From the human T2T-CHM13v2.0 reference genome, Homo sapiens, in NCBI RefSeq assembly GCF_009914755.1, contig NC_060934.1: a stretch of 64,000 nucleotides of DNA. One strand, given 5' to 3'. A model generated the notes under the pieces. It was not told where the DNA came from, made no database searches, and saw only the letters and a list, made by a program, of their open reading frames with translations. Made by a program: the position numbers and the translations under genes. How positions within the stretch are numbered: the stretch's first letter is position 1; every line of letters begins with the position of its first letter. Below are positions 12,310 through 26,202 of this stretch, in pieces.

Positions 12310-13349
12310 CCAGGCTGCAGAAACTCAGGGTTCAAACCATTAAATGATGAGAAAGCTAGAAGGTTGGTTTTCTCTTCTCATTATTAACTTATCACGGAGA
12401 AGATGTCTACAGAGGATAGAGGAGTAGGAACATGCCTTTTCTTTTTTCTCTGTTCATGGCAGGGCTTCTAAAAGGAGCCTGACTATAGCTCTCAGTTCAG
12501 ACAAGAATATTATAACCATCACTAATGGTCTTCAGTGTTTTAAAGAGAAAGTTTATGGACTTAAAAAATTTTGTACCTGCAAAAGATCCATATTGCCCAT
12601 AGCCCTTTTCTAAATCTTTTATTTTATAGATTGAGTGACTAAAGATTAAGGACAAGGTTGGCCTTTAGGCATATGTGGACCCATGGGTATATAATCTGAG
12701 TAAGTCAGGAAGTTCTCTCTCTGACTTCTTTTCATTTTCTTAGTGTAGATGCCTTCCTTGTCCTTTAGGTGGCATATTGGTTTTTCTGGAATCCGTTGCG
12801 AAACTGTTCTTATCTACTTAAAGGGAACTCATTTGAAGTCTGAGTCTTGAGGGAATAGGCAGAACAGGCATGTTGGAAGGAAGGTATGAGTCTCAGGTGA
12901 GTCTCAGGTGGGAGGGACAACTGTGTATTATAATTTTACTTGGAGTTTTCCCTGGTTTGATGATCTTTTATTGAGCTTGTAATTTTAGTCCTTATTTATA
13001 TAAGCCCACTGACTGCACATTATGAGACATTTGTCTGGAATTCCTCTTTTCATGATAGCAGAACAAGTTAAATTTTGTTGGACATGTATATTTTTATATT
13101 AAGAAGATATTAGCTTGTTACTTTAAAAAAGCATTTAGTGCAAAAATGGTCAATTGTAGGTAAGCCTTGTATGCAAAATTATTTGCAGTTAAAAATATTG
13201 CAACATTACACAGTTCATTTTTCCTTCTTTTGCGGAGATGGCTGCTCTGTGATTACCCTGGGATGATGTTCAGGTAATGCTGTGTAGTTTTTTCTCTCCT
13301 AGGAAGTGGAAGGCAGGAACTTAGAAAGTGAGATATAACTAAGAAGGGT

Positions 13350-13908
13350 CTGTTAATGAGGAAGACAACATATTTTCCCATGCTAGCCTTTGTCAGAGCT
13401 CTCCCAGGTTCAACGATTGGATAGAAGGATTCATGGGGTTCAGCAGGTAGTCACATTCATGGCTAAGATATGGTAGACTGAAAAGGTAGAAAGCAAAATC
13501 AACAAGGGATATCAGATACAAACTCCCCAGAATATTCTCCTTGTGGAGTCACATAGGATGCACTTAATTTTCTGAATAACAAGGTATGGAAACTTGTGTG
13601 AAGTGTTGTCTATCAGGGAAGCTCGTCTGAGCTTAAGAGTTTAGGGTTTTTATCAGGGGTTAGTCATGAGCACAGACTGTCAGTGTGACTGATAGCAGTC
13701 ACTGAAATTCCAGATACCTAGAAGGAAAACAGATGTTTTAGGAGAAGTGAGCTACTTTTCTCATTTAGAAAAAATTTATATTAGTGTAGGCAATGATTTT
13801 ACCAGCCAAGTTCCCAGACACCAGCCAAGGGCCAGGCTTGTATGCAGGCATTCCTAAGGAGACTCGTCTTGGACCTGGTAGGTGAAGTCATGAACTTTTG
13901 TCTGCACA
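13350..13908. mobile_element. ERVL-class LTR (MER21/MER68/MER77 group)
   Basis: ggagtcacataggatgcacttaat...ccaagttcccagacaccagccaagggcca...ctgcaca. Confidence 0.65.
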
Positions 13909-14019
13909 CATGTGTAATGTGTATACATTCCTGACTTACATGATCTCAGTTATGGAAATGGTTCAGCTGCACCCAGTAGATAAGTAGTTCTTTGGAGTAT
14001 GGAGGCCAAGGTCTACTAA

Positions 14020-14546
14020 TGAAACTGTGCCCCAAAGAGTTAACCAGTGGCAAAGAGAAATTCTTGAATTTATAGGATTGGTTGATAAAAATAAAAAACA
14101 AAAACAACTTTCTGAAACACTGAAATTCTCTCTGCTTTTAAGATAACAAAACTGGCTGAAATCAGTTGGAACCAATACAGCAAACTAGAGTCTACACAGA
14201 ATGAGCTTGCTGACGCCACAGCCCAAATTTCCACTGCATGTTTCGTACTAACTCCCCCTGAATTTACATATGTGACCCATGAGATAGCATGAAGAGATAC
14301 TGCAAATGCCCAAAGCCTTTTCAGACCCCCCTTTCCTTCTACCAATCTCCTACTATCCCCAAATTCACTCCCTACACATTTTCTAATAAAAATACTGCCT
14401 TAAAAACAGTACAGGAAGACAGATTTGAGCTAGACTCCTGTCTCCTTGTTGGTTGACCTAGAAAAAAGTCTTTCTTTTCTCAAAAACCCAGTGCCATAGT
14501 ATTGGCTTCTAACACATTGAACAGTGAACTCTTTTGCTTGGTAACA
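14020..14546 (+). mobile_element. ERV1 (MER4-group) solo LTR
   Basis: tgaaactg...ggtaaca termini, internal aataaa, ttctcaaaaacccagtgccatagtattggc 3' motif. Confidence 0.65.
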
Positions 14547-16995
14547 GTGATTGGAGGTACAGGAATTGTGTCTTCTGAAATAAAGCACCCTCTTATAATT
14601 ACTGATACACTTCCACAAGAGAGGGAGAGGAACGTAGGAAGGAGGGAAGAAAAGAAGTGTAAACAGACAAATGGACAAACAGATCGACCTGAGGTTCAGG
14701 AGGTTGGAGGGAATATGCCAAAGCAATTTATATCATGAATGAAACAAACAGTAGAAGGTTGTTTGCCTTGCACCCTAATAGCAGAGGCATCCAGATAACA
14801 GAGTCATTTCAGAAAGATGTCTTAAGTCATTCATTACTTTTACTTGAACCATTCTAATAATTGATAAAGTATTTACTCAGAATGTAGCTCATGGCAACTG
14901 TATCATCATCAGTCCCTGGGTTTCAAGGGTGAAGCATTGTTGATATAGGGTCTCAGTGCCTTTGGAACCTTGAGTCTTCCATTATTCCAATGAATGCTCA
15001 CAGTAATCTTTAATGAGCTTGCTGCTCATGTCTGTGATGAGTGGGTAGCAACTATTTTTTAATGTTTAAACTTGCATTAATAACTTGATATTATCTTTAT
15101 CCTAGAGTTTCTGTATTTTATTTTAATTGAAGTACATTATCTTTTTGTGGCTTTTTAAAAGTCAACTTTATTGAGGTGTAATTATGTATAAAGCTTTTAA
15201 CCTTGCAAGTAAAGATGGTTTTCCTTCTTCCTTCCCAATATGAATCCTTTTATTTTATTTTTCTTGTTTTGCCTGATTGCATTGGGCAGAACTGTCAGTG
15301 GCTCTGGAGGTAGCACTTTAGCACTTCACTTCTCCCTGCTTCCCTCTGAGCCCCCAGTCCTATACTCACACACTACAGGGAATGATTGATTAAGAAACCA
15401 CGGAATGACATTTCTTAATGGTTATGTTTATAATCAGAAAAAGCAATACCACCATTCCTTATAGAAAACTAAGAGCCATTATTAAAAGGCATAAAACATG
15501 CCAAATAATTACTAGTAGTCTAAGAAGCTTGTACTGAGAATTTAGTCACAGGAAATACAGATTTCAGAGGAAGGAACTCATATCCCTGGGGTGCCTACAG
15601 GTAGGGCAAGAGTAAGTCACTATTGAACATTTGAGACTTCTTTCATTCCCTTCTCTTCAGGCTAGTATAGGTCTCAGGGAGTAGTGTATGATAGAACTTT
15701 CACAAGAATTAGAAGTAGCCCTGGTGCTAAGAATTGCCAGAGGCCCAAGGTGCTGAGCATGTCATTTTAAATTGTCTATTTTGGCATCTTGCACCCAACC
15801 CAAAGTCCACTGTGAAGAAATAGTCTTTGTTAGCACCTGCTTCAGTTTTGAGAGAGTTTGAGATAGACTGAAAATAGTGTCCCAGCTGAGAATTTGAGAA
15901 TATGTACAGTATTCAGTGACTCTCCAATTATGTCACCCTGCCACCTGAGGAAAGGTGTTTTGCTTTTGTTTCCTGAGCAAACCAAACACTTGTAGTTTTT
16001 CTTTTATTTATGATTAGATGGGATCACTTTGTTTCATATTGGAGCTTTTGTTCCTCTTTCCTCAGTGCTCTATCACAGAATAAGTAATACTTTTTTAAGG
16101 ATTTCTCTTTTATCAGGGCTAATTCTCTATTTTCTATACTATTGCACCTTCCCCAGGAGTTGGAGGGAAACCTTTATCTTACGAACCTGACCACTGGTCC
16201 CTCAATATCTTTCACAATCTTTCCCTAAGGGACCGAGTGCCTATCACTCAAGTGGTACCTCTGTGACTTCTCAGAGTTCTTGATGTGGACATGCAGATTA
16301 GTTACCTGGTGATACATACACATTCTTTATGGAATTTAACTAATTAGTCCCTCAAACATTTCTTGCCATGTCTCCATTGTGTTAGTCTAGTGGCTGGAGA
16401 TTGAAAAGTGAAAATGTTACAGTTTCTGTCCTCAAGATGCTTATGGTCCAACCCGAGGAGATGAGTCCAGAAATCATTATAAAACATGGAGCTTATAGGG
16501 GAAGCACTTGCAGGGGCTTACTTAGCCAAGCTTGAGGGGAGGTGGGAAATATGGTAAAAGCTTGCACTATATTTTCTGAAAGGTTTTCTTCTGCAAATGA
16601 AGATTTTGTTTTTATCATATAGTTTACTTTTCTAGGCTACCTAAAATTTCAGTACACATGTGTTGATGTTGACTTGTATGATCTTATTACTGATTTACTA
16701 CAGTAGCTGCAACTCAAAATTGAATTAAATGTTAATGATTTTAATATTGCTTTGTTTTGTCTATTTTAAGATATACTAGAAAACATGCCAGGAAAGGGAA
16801 ATTTATCCAGTTTAATTCTTGTGTTTCTGTAGGGTTATCTGTGACTCACTGCACTGTTGTTTATTAAAATACTAGGATTAGGCATGCATTTCTGATCAAA
16901 GCTGTTCTGATGGAAGGTTTGAACAACTGACTATTGGTATGGTTTGATATGAATTTTAGTCTATTCATCTGTGCACTGGAGAGGTCTTAATAATA

Positions 16996-17190
16996 TGTGT
17001 GTGTATTTATATAAAGAGGATAAGTCATTGGGGTAAAGGACCATTCACATATTTATTTGTGGAATGCAAGGTATAGCATGTTTAAACCCTAGTATTTGAA
17101 TTAGTAAGAGTGTCTCCAGTTATCAAGGAGTGTCTTGAAATTACTTGATAAAATTCGAAACAAAATTTATTTTGTCTTTAATTAAAATTG
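16996..17190 (+). repeat. ~195-bp local duplication, copy A (copy B at ~18853-19046)
   Basis: Shared blocks ccattcacatatttatttgtggaatgcaaggtatagcat and aaatttattttgtctttaattaaaattg. Confidence 0.9.
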
Positions 17191-17357
17191 TACTATTTTG
17201 TATCTTTTCAATAACATAGTTGGTAGGCAGAAGCTTAGGTGTCATTCTTAGAGGTTCTTAGTTAATTCTGAGGTCCTTAAGATCTCATGTCTGCTTCCAG
17301 GGAAGGCTCCTTACTGAAATCTGTTACCTCACTGCCAGTCACAAGAACACTGCCATC

Positions 17358-17669
<312 letters not shown>

Positions 17670-18155
17670 CTCCTCCTATTTAAAAAAGATATTCTTCCCC
17701 TTGTCAAAGCAGAGTTTTTTAAAAATTATAAATGTGACTCACAAATTTGAAATGAAACCAGGTTAAACATTTTACTCAATGTATTAATTAGTGAAGAAAC
17801 CAGGAAGATGGCAAAGGTAGTTCAAAGAACAGTTTGAGGATCTAGGTTTTTCACTGGCGTTTTGAACCAATGTTAGAGTAAGAATGCTAGATTAGATTAA
17901 GAAAACCTGGTTAATGCCAGACAGAAATAAATTATAATCTTTAGTGTTACCTTATCAGACAGAAATTATTTGTATCACTGCTGGACAAAAATCTATAGGT
18001 TACGTTGTAATTGCATTAAGTCTAGGACTTTTAATCAGTAGTAAACAATGAACTGAATAAAGTACAATTTCCCCACATAAGTAATCTTTGGGATGGCCTG
18101 TCATTATTTTATGACATTGAAGTGACATTCCACTTATCTTTTGCCTTACTTTCAC

Positions 18156-18455
<300 letters not shown>

Positions 18456-18829
18456 TTAAATAATTTTTTAACACCTATATCTCAAAGTTTTTAAAATAAA
18501 TCTGTTTCACACATTAACTTTAGATTCAGATTATAGTAATACCATTTTATTTGCAGGTAGTAAATGGAAAGGTCTCCAGATAAAAGTATTCTTGGTTTTA
18601 ACCAATGGGAGCAATGTAACATGGCCTTACAGGCCCTTTATGGCAAGAATTAGAAAAGAAAAAAGATTTATTCTGTGTGAGAACTTTTTATAGATTGAAT
18701 GAACAAGAACTCCTTGAAGACGGTCTCTGTAATTAATTCTTATTTATTCAGTACTGAATTCTCAGCACCTAATTTAGCTTAGGTGTGGCGTTTAAATAAC
18801 TGAGTTTCCATTGAGTGACATTGATTGAA

Positions 18830-18831
<2 letters not shown>

Positions 18832-18862
<31 letters not shown>
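18832..18862 (+). repeat. (TG)15 microsatellite
   Basis: Direct reading. Confidence 0.95.
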
Positions 18863-18864
<2 letters not shown>

Positions 18865-19145
18865 ATATAAAGAGATACGTCATTGGAGTGGAGGGGCCAT
18901 TCACATATTTATTTGTGGAATGCAAGGTATAGCATATTTAAGCTCTGGTATTTGAATAAATAAGCGTATCTCCAGTTCTCAAGGAATATCCTGAAATTAT
19001 TTGATAAAATTTCAAATGAAATTTATTTTGTCTTTAATTAAAATTGCAGTTTTAAATATTTTGAATTGATGAGTAATAATATGTCAAAGCTGTGATAGCT
19101 CCAGTTGTGTAACAGAAAAATCTTTGGCTTTGTGTGTTTTACCAG

Positions 19146-19268
19146 GTGAACAAAAATTGTTTGCTGGCCCCCAGGATACTAACTAGACCTTTGGCCTGAC
19201 TCACAGGACACTAAGGCTCCTTTTCTGAAGAAGCCTTTTACCAGTCTCATTTAGGGGATGGGAACAAC
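19146..19268 (+). other. PTPN20: 5'UTR part of the PTPN20 start-codon exon
   Basis: Acceptor ttttaccag|GTGAAC at 19145/19146. In-frame stops TGA 19197-19199 and TAA 19212-19214 precede the ATG. Confidence 0.8.
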
Positions 19269-19302
19269 ATGTCTTCACCTAGGGACTTTAGAGCAGAGCC
19301 TG
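19269..19302 (+). CDS. PTPN20: PTPN20 coding exon 1 (MSSPRDFRAEP, ends phase 1)
   Basis: aacATGt start; donor CTG|gtaggt at 19303; G+TA forms Val with the next exon. Confidence 0.93.
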
Positions 19303-19352
19303 GTAGGTGCATCATCTACTTTTGTGGGTATGGGATCAGGAGGAGCTACAGG

Positions 19353-19480
19353 AGTGCCTCTCAGACTGTAGATTTGCATAGGGACCACCTGTGGATTATT
19401 ATCCTGCATATTCTGATCCTCTGGGTCTTGGTGGGGTGGGGTGGGGGGCAAGACTCTGCATTTCTAATAAGCCATCACGC
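19353..19480. mobile_element. MER5-like fragment just downstream of the ATG-exon donor
   Basis: agactctgcatttctaataagc motif. Confidence 0.55.
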
Positions 19481-19924
19481 TTAGAGTAACAACAATTAAA
19501 CTCTAGTGTTTTACTTTACCCTTTTCAAATGGCATTTTTTTTTCCTGATTATAAATGTAATATAGGTTTATTGTGAAGAATTTGGGAAGTACAAAAAAGC
19601 ACCAAAACACAAAGAAAACAACAAGACAATAAAAACAACCTGTAATCTGCCACAAAGCTGTTTGTTTCCATAATTTTGTTAGCTGTGAACTCAGGGCATA
19701 TACATTTCTAAGGTTTTTGATACATCTACTAATGCAGTGTTTTAGTTAAATGTCAGCTGTCTCCCAGCCGACCCATATTGCCATTGTCTTGCTTAAAACA
19801 TTAGTAGCTTGCCATCATTTTTCAGTATGTCTTTTATGCCTTTTCTCATTCCTTCCACCTTCAGCCCAGCTTCTATTCCCTCTTCTATCCGCCCTCCTTG
19901 TCATTATTATTGCTCTCTCCCTAG

Positions 19925-21259
19925 AAGTGTTTTTCCAATCCTTATCGGGTATGATTGACAAAAATTGTGTATACATAAGGTGTGCAACTTGATGTTTTGA
20001 TTTGTCTATATACTGTGAAATGATTACCACAATTAAGCTAACATATCCACCACCTCACAGTTACCATTTTCTTTCTTTGTGTGTATGTGTGTATTACAAA
20101 CATAAGATCTACCCTCTTAGCAAATATCATTACAATACAGTATTGTATGTATTTTGCTATACATCAGATCTTCAGAACGTATTCATCTTGTGTAACTGTT
20201 ACTTGATACCATCTGACCAACAACTCCCCATTTCCTCCTTCCTCTATACCCTGGCAACCACCATTCTGCTATCTGCTTTTGTGAGCCTGGATTCCACCTG
20301 TAAGTCAGATTATGTGTAAGATGAGGGATAGGAGTCTAAGTTTATTCTGCATAGGAATATCCAGTTTTTTCCAGGACCATTTATAGAAGAGACTTTCTTG
20401 TCCCCAATATATGTTCTTTGTGCCTTGTCATAAAAGAGTTGGCTATAAACATATGGAATTATTTCTGGGTTCTCTATTCTATTCCACTGGTATATGTGTC
20501 TGTTTTTATACCAGTATCATGATTTTGTGGTTACTATAGATTTGTAGTGTATTTTGAAGTCAGGTAGTGTAATACCCCAAGCTTTGTTCTTGTTTTTTTG
20601 TTGTTGTTGTTTGTTTGTTTTTATTTTGTTTTTGTTTTTCTTGGCTCAGAATTGCTTTGGCTATTTGGAGTATTTTTTGTACTTCCATATGAATTTTATG
20701 ATTTTAAAATTTCTCTGAAGAATGTCATTGGTATTTTGATAGGAATTGCATTGAGCTCTCAGATTCTTTGGTTATATTGTCATTTTAAAAATATTTATTC
20801 TTTTATTCCATGAACATGAGATGTCTTTCCATTGGTTTGTGTCTTCCTCAATTTATTTCATCAATTTTTTATAGTTCTTATTCTAGAGATCTTTAATCTC
20901 TGGTTAAATTTATTCCTAGGTATTATTTTTTGTAGTTATTGTAAATGAGATTGCTTACTTGATTTCTTTTTCAGGTAGTTTGTTATTGTTTTATAGAAAT
21001 GCTACTGATTTTTGCATGTTGATTTTGTATCCTGCAACTTTACTTAATTTGTTTATCAGTTCTAAGAGTTTTTTGGTGGATTCTTCAGGTTTTTGCATTT
21101 GTAAGAGCATGTCATCTCTAAACAGGGACAAATTTGACTTCCTCCTTTTCAATTTGGCTACCTTTTATTTGTTTCTGTTGCCTAATTGTTCCTTCTTTTC
21201 AATCTGGATGCCTTTTGTTTGTTTCTCTTGCCTAATTGCTCTGGCAAGGACTTCCTGTA
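19925..21259 (-). mobile_element. L1MA-type 3' region, antisense
   Basis: tgtgaaatgattaccacaattaagcta...ctggcaaccaccattctgct, followed by antisense ORF2. Confidence 0.8.
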
Positions 21260-21656
21260 TGGTATAGTTTGGATGTTTATCTCTTCTAATCATGTTGAAA
21301 GGTAATCCCCAACCTGGTGGGAGATGTTGGATCATAGGGGCAGATCCTTCGTGAATGGCTTGGTGTTATCCCCCTGGTGATGAGTGAGTGCTCTCTCAGT
21401 TCATGTGAGATCTGATTGTTCAAAGGAGTCTGGAACCTCCCCTTCTCTCTTGCTTTGTCTCTCACCATGTGATTTGCTGGCTCCTCATTCACTTTTTGCC
21501 ATGACTATAAGCCTCCTGAGGTTAGATACTAGAAGCAGATACCAGCACCATGCTTCCTGTACAGCCTGCAGAACCACGAGCCAGAACAAACCTCTTTTCT
21601 TTATAAATTACCCAGCCTTAGACATTCCTACGTAGTGATGCTAACAGACTAACACA
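21260..21656 (+). mobile_element. MST (MaLR) solo LTR
   Basis: tggtatagtttggatg...aaacctcttttctttataaattacccag...gactaacaca; flanks ctgta/cagta. Confidence 0.85.
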
Positions 21657-21901
21657 CAGTATTATGGGGTTTTTAAAAAAAAATTTAAAAATAACATCTG
21701 CCTGATTCCCTCACTGATTAATGAATATAATAAAGTAACATGTGCATTTATATGTCTGTATGAGAGCTGTGATTTTCTTTTTCTGGAAACTATCCTTTAA
21801 CAGTTGCAAACTTTTATGAAAAAGCTAATTTTAATGATAAATCAGTTAAGCTAGAATATGCAAAAACATGGAAAGCTACCCAAACTTTTTTGTAGACTAG
21901 T

Positions 21902-23170
<1,269 letters not shown>

Positions 23171-23234
23171 AGTTCCTGATTTAGTATCTATTCCATAGCC
23201 TAGAAATCAATGAGTAATTTTGAGTTTCATGTCT

Positions 23235-23545
23235 CATTATTTAAGAAACATTTTGTAAGGCTGTAGCTGCCATAGATAGTGATTCTTCTGATGGCTCTGG
23301 GCAAAGTAAATTGAAAACCTTTTGGAAATAACTCCCCATTCTAGACGCCATTAAGAACATTTGTGGTTTATGGGAGGAGGTCAAAATGTCAACATTAATG
23401 GGAGTTTGGGAAAAACTGATTTTAACCCTCATGGATGACTTTGAGGGATTTAAGACTTCAGTGCAGGAAGTACTATCCTAAGTTTTCGGCATCCACTGGG
23501 GGTCTTGGAACTAGGCATTCCCTGTGGGTAAGCGGGAACTGCTTT
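23235..23545 (+). mobile_element. Tigger1 internal fragment (to ~23472) abutting a MER44/Tigger7-type terminus
   Basis: gctgccatagatagtgattcttctgatgg...gcaaagtaaattgaaaacc (Tigger1); catccactgggggtcttggaac also occurs at the MER44 end near 48180. Confidence 0.7.
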
Positions 23546-24670
23546 ACCATTTCACATATAGTTGTAGGAACATAAGATACTTCCATTTCCTCCCATTTGC
23601 CTTTCATGCTATTATTGATACCAATTTTATTGTGAGTGTTGTATACCCTACAATAGATTATTATTTTTCCTTATAATTGAGTTATCTTTTAAAGAAATTA
23701 GAACATGTGAAAGAGTATGTTTTATGTGCTCATGTATTTTCCAGTTTTGCCACTCTTCATTCCTTTGGATAGTTCTACATTTTCATATTTTATCCTTTTC
23801 CTTGTGCCTGAAAAACTTCCTTTAACTTTTGTTGTTGTTGTTTAGTGCAGGCTGGATATAATCTTAGTTTTTATTGGTCTACAGAAGTCTTATTTTTTGA
23901 AATATATATTTTCAGGGTATAGAATTCTATATTGACATTCTATAAGAATTCTATGTTCTTTCAATACTTTAAAATGTCTCACCATTATCTTCTAGCATGC
24001 ATGATTTCTGATGAGAAATCCATCATTCTTATCTTTGTTTTTCTATATTTAATGTGTCTGTTTTCTCTGGCATTTTTTCTTTTCAGTAATTTGAATATGA
24101 CATACATGAATGTGATTTTTCTATAAGCTCATATATTACATTTGTATTTTATTGACCTTCTTTGGTCTGTTGGTTTATAGTTTTCATCTAGTTTGGTAAC
24201 ACTTCAGCTATTATTTCTTCATATTTGTTTTGGCATTCCAGTTACAGGAATTTTAGTTCACTTGATGTTGTCCCAGTTTGCTGAGTCTGTTCAGTCTCTT
24301 TTTTTCGCTACTGTGCGCTTCATTTTGGATATACTCTTGCTGTATGTTGACAGACACTGATTTTTTTTCCTTCTGCCTTATCTGCTGTTAATTTATTTTA
24401 GTTCATACATTGTCTCTAGAAATTTCAGTAGGTCTTATTTTTACATGATTTATATCTCTTTTTATTGTATCATGTTTTTCTTTATTTCCTTGAGCACCTT
24501 TTAAAAATTTATAATAGTTAAAAGTTCTTTTTTCTAAATTTTATCATCTGTCATTTCTAAGTACATTTCTATTGATTGATTGATTTGGCTGTGGGTTATA
24601 CTTTTCTATTCCTTGGCATACCTGTTAATTGTTTACTACACATTGTGAATTATATGATTTTGGTGCTGGA

Positions 24671-25014
24671 TTTTTTCTTTTTCTTTTCTTTTTTTCTTCT
24701 TTTTTCTTTTTCTTTTCTTTTTTTTTTTTTTCTTAGACAGAGTCTCACTCTGTCTCATAGGCTGGAGTGCAGTGGTGCAATCTTGGCTCACTGCAACCTT
24801 CTGCCTCCTGGGTTCAAGTGATTCTCCTGCCTCAGCCTCCTGAGTAGCTGGGATTGCAGGTGCGCACCACCATGCCCAGCTAATTTTTGTATTTTTAGTA
24901 GAGATGGGGTTTCACCATGTTTGTCAGGCTGATCTCGAACTCCTGACCTCGTGATCCACCCTCTTCAGCCTCCCAAAGTGCTGGGATTACAGGCGTGAGC
25001 CACCACACCCGGCC
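24671..25014 (-). mobile_element. Alu (AluSg-like) with a long mixed tail
   Basis: Full dimer; ctcctgacctcgtgatcc variant. Confidence 0.95.
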
Positions 25015-26167
25015 TTGATTTTTCTTTAAAGAATGTTGGGTTTTTCTGCCTTGTAGTTATGTTACTTGAAGTTTAACCTGATCCTGTCTGAGGCTTGCTC
25101 TTCACCTTTTTTATAGGTGGCCCTAAGGAGCTTCTGTTCCAAGGATAGTTTTAGTACTAAGAGGTATCTCTTCTGTGCACTATCCTCAACGCCCCCTGTA
25201 TTACAGGGTCTCCTCATTCTGGCTCATATGAACTGTTCCTAGGAATTGTGTGGCTTGCTACTTTCCGGTGGTCCTTCCTGAGTGTCAGAGATTGTCCTCC
25301 TTCATATAAGCATATCCATATTCTGCAAAGGACATGAGAGGGTTTCTTTGCAGCTACTTAGACTTCTCTTGTTCTGTATAGCTCCCTCCTCCCTGGTACT
25401 CTGCCCTACAAATTCTGGCTGCCTCAGCCTCTCCTAACTTTGATCTTTTTCTTCTCAACTCATTGAATCACTGGACTCGTTGATTCCTTTCCTGAGCTAT
25501 AGCCTGCAAACTTCTGGAGGCCATAATCTGGAGCAACCAGAAGGCTCACCCCCTTCTCTCTGGGATCACAGTCTGTTGTTTAAGGTCTGAAAATTATTGT
25601 TTTATATATTTTGTCCTATTTTCTGGTTGGTTGTGGTTAAGTCCTATTACAGTAAATCTCTCATAAGCATAAATGAAAGTCAATTGTAGGTTGTTTTACT
25701 TTTCATTTTTTGTTTGTCAGGTGAGGCTGGACTTTTTCTGAATATATTATTGGCCTGTAAGTCGCCTTCTATGAGTTGCTTGTTTACAATTCTCATAGAC
25801 TTTTTTTTCCTGTTAATTTTTTTTCTAGCACTTGAAGCTCCTTCCTAGGTTTGCGGAATTTCCTATTTTCAGAACCGTTTGCATGAGAGATTTTTTTCAT
25901 TGAAAGTCTGATAAAATCCCATCTGGAAACCTGTTTGGGCCCAGATGCTTTTTCCTCTTGGGAGTGATATTTTTGATTATTGGTTTGACTTTTTAAATGG
26001 TTATTACACTATTTAGGCTTTCTACATCTTCTGGAGTAAATTTGCATAACTTATAATTCTCTTATAAAAGTTTCCATTTCATCAGATTTCCCTAAAGTTT
26101 CTCATAATATTTGCTTATTACCTTTAAAAATGAGAGTTGCATCTGTAGCTGTGCCCTTTCTCATTTT

Positions 26168-26202
26168 TACACTTGATCTTAGCCAAAAGGCCGAGAAGCG
26201 AT
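26168..26202 (-). pseudogene. 3'-truncated (tailless) U2 snRNA retrocopy, U2 nt 1-35
   Basis: Reverse complement reads ATCGCTTCTCGGCCTTTTGGCTAAGATCAAGTGTA, the U2 5' end. Flanked by direct repeats CCTTTCTCATTTTTA (26155-26169) and CCTTTTTCATTTTTA (26203-26217). Confidence 0.95.

Noticed and set aside
14884-14898. Second X-box-like sequence GTAGCT-CAT-GGCAAC
   Set aside because: Only one good half-site and a 3-nt spacer; expected by chance in 64 kb.
16157-16230. Acceptor followed by ELEGNLYLTNLTTGPSISFTI, loosely like the start of PTPN13 PDZ4
   Set aside because: Similarity is weak, and it is out of order relative to the better candidates at 58-1071.
19303-19484. Read-through extension of the first coding exon (71-aa ORF)
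   Set aside because: Runs past a good donor into a MER5-like fragment; the exon ends at 19302.
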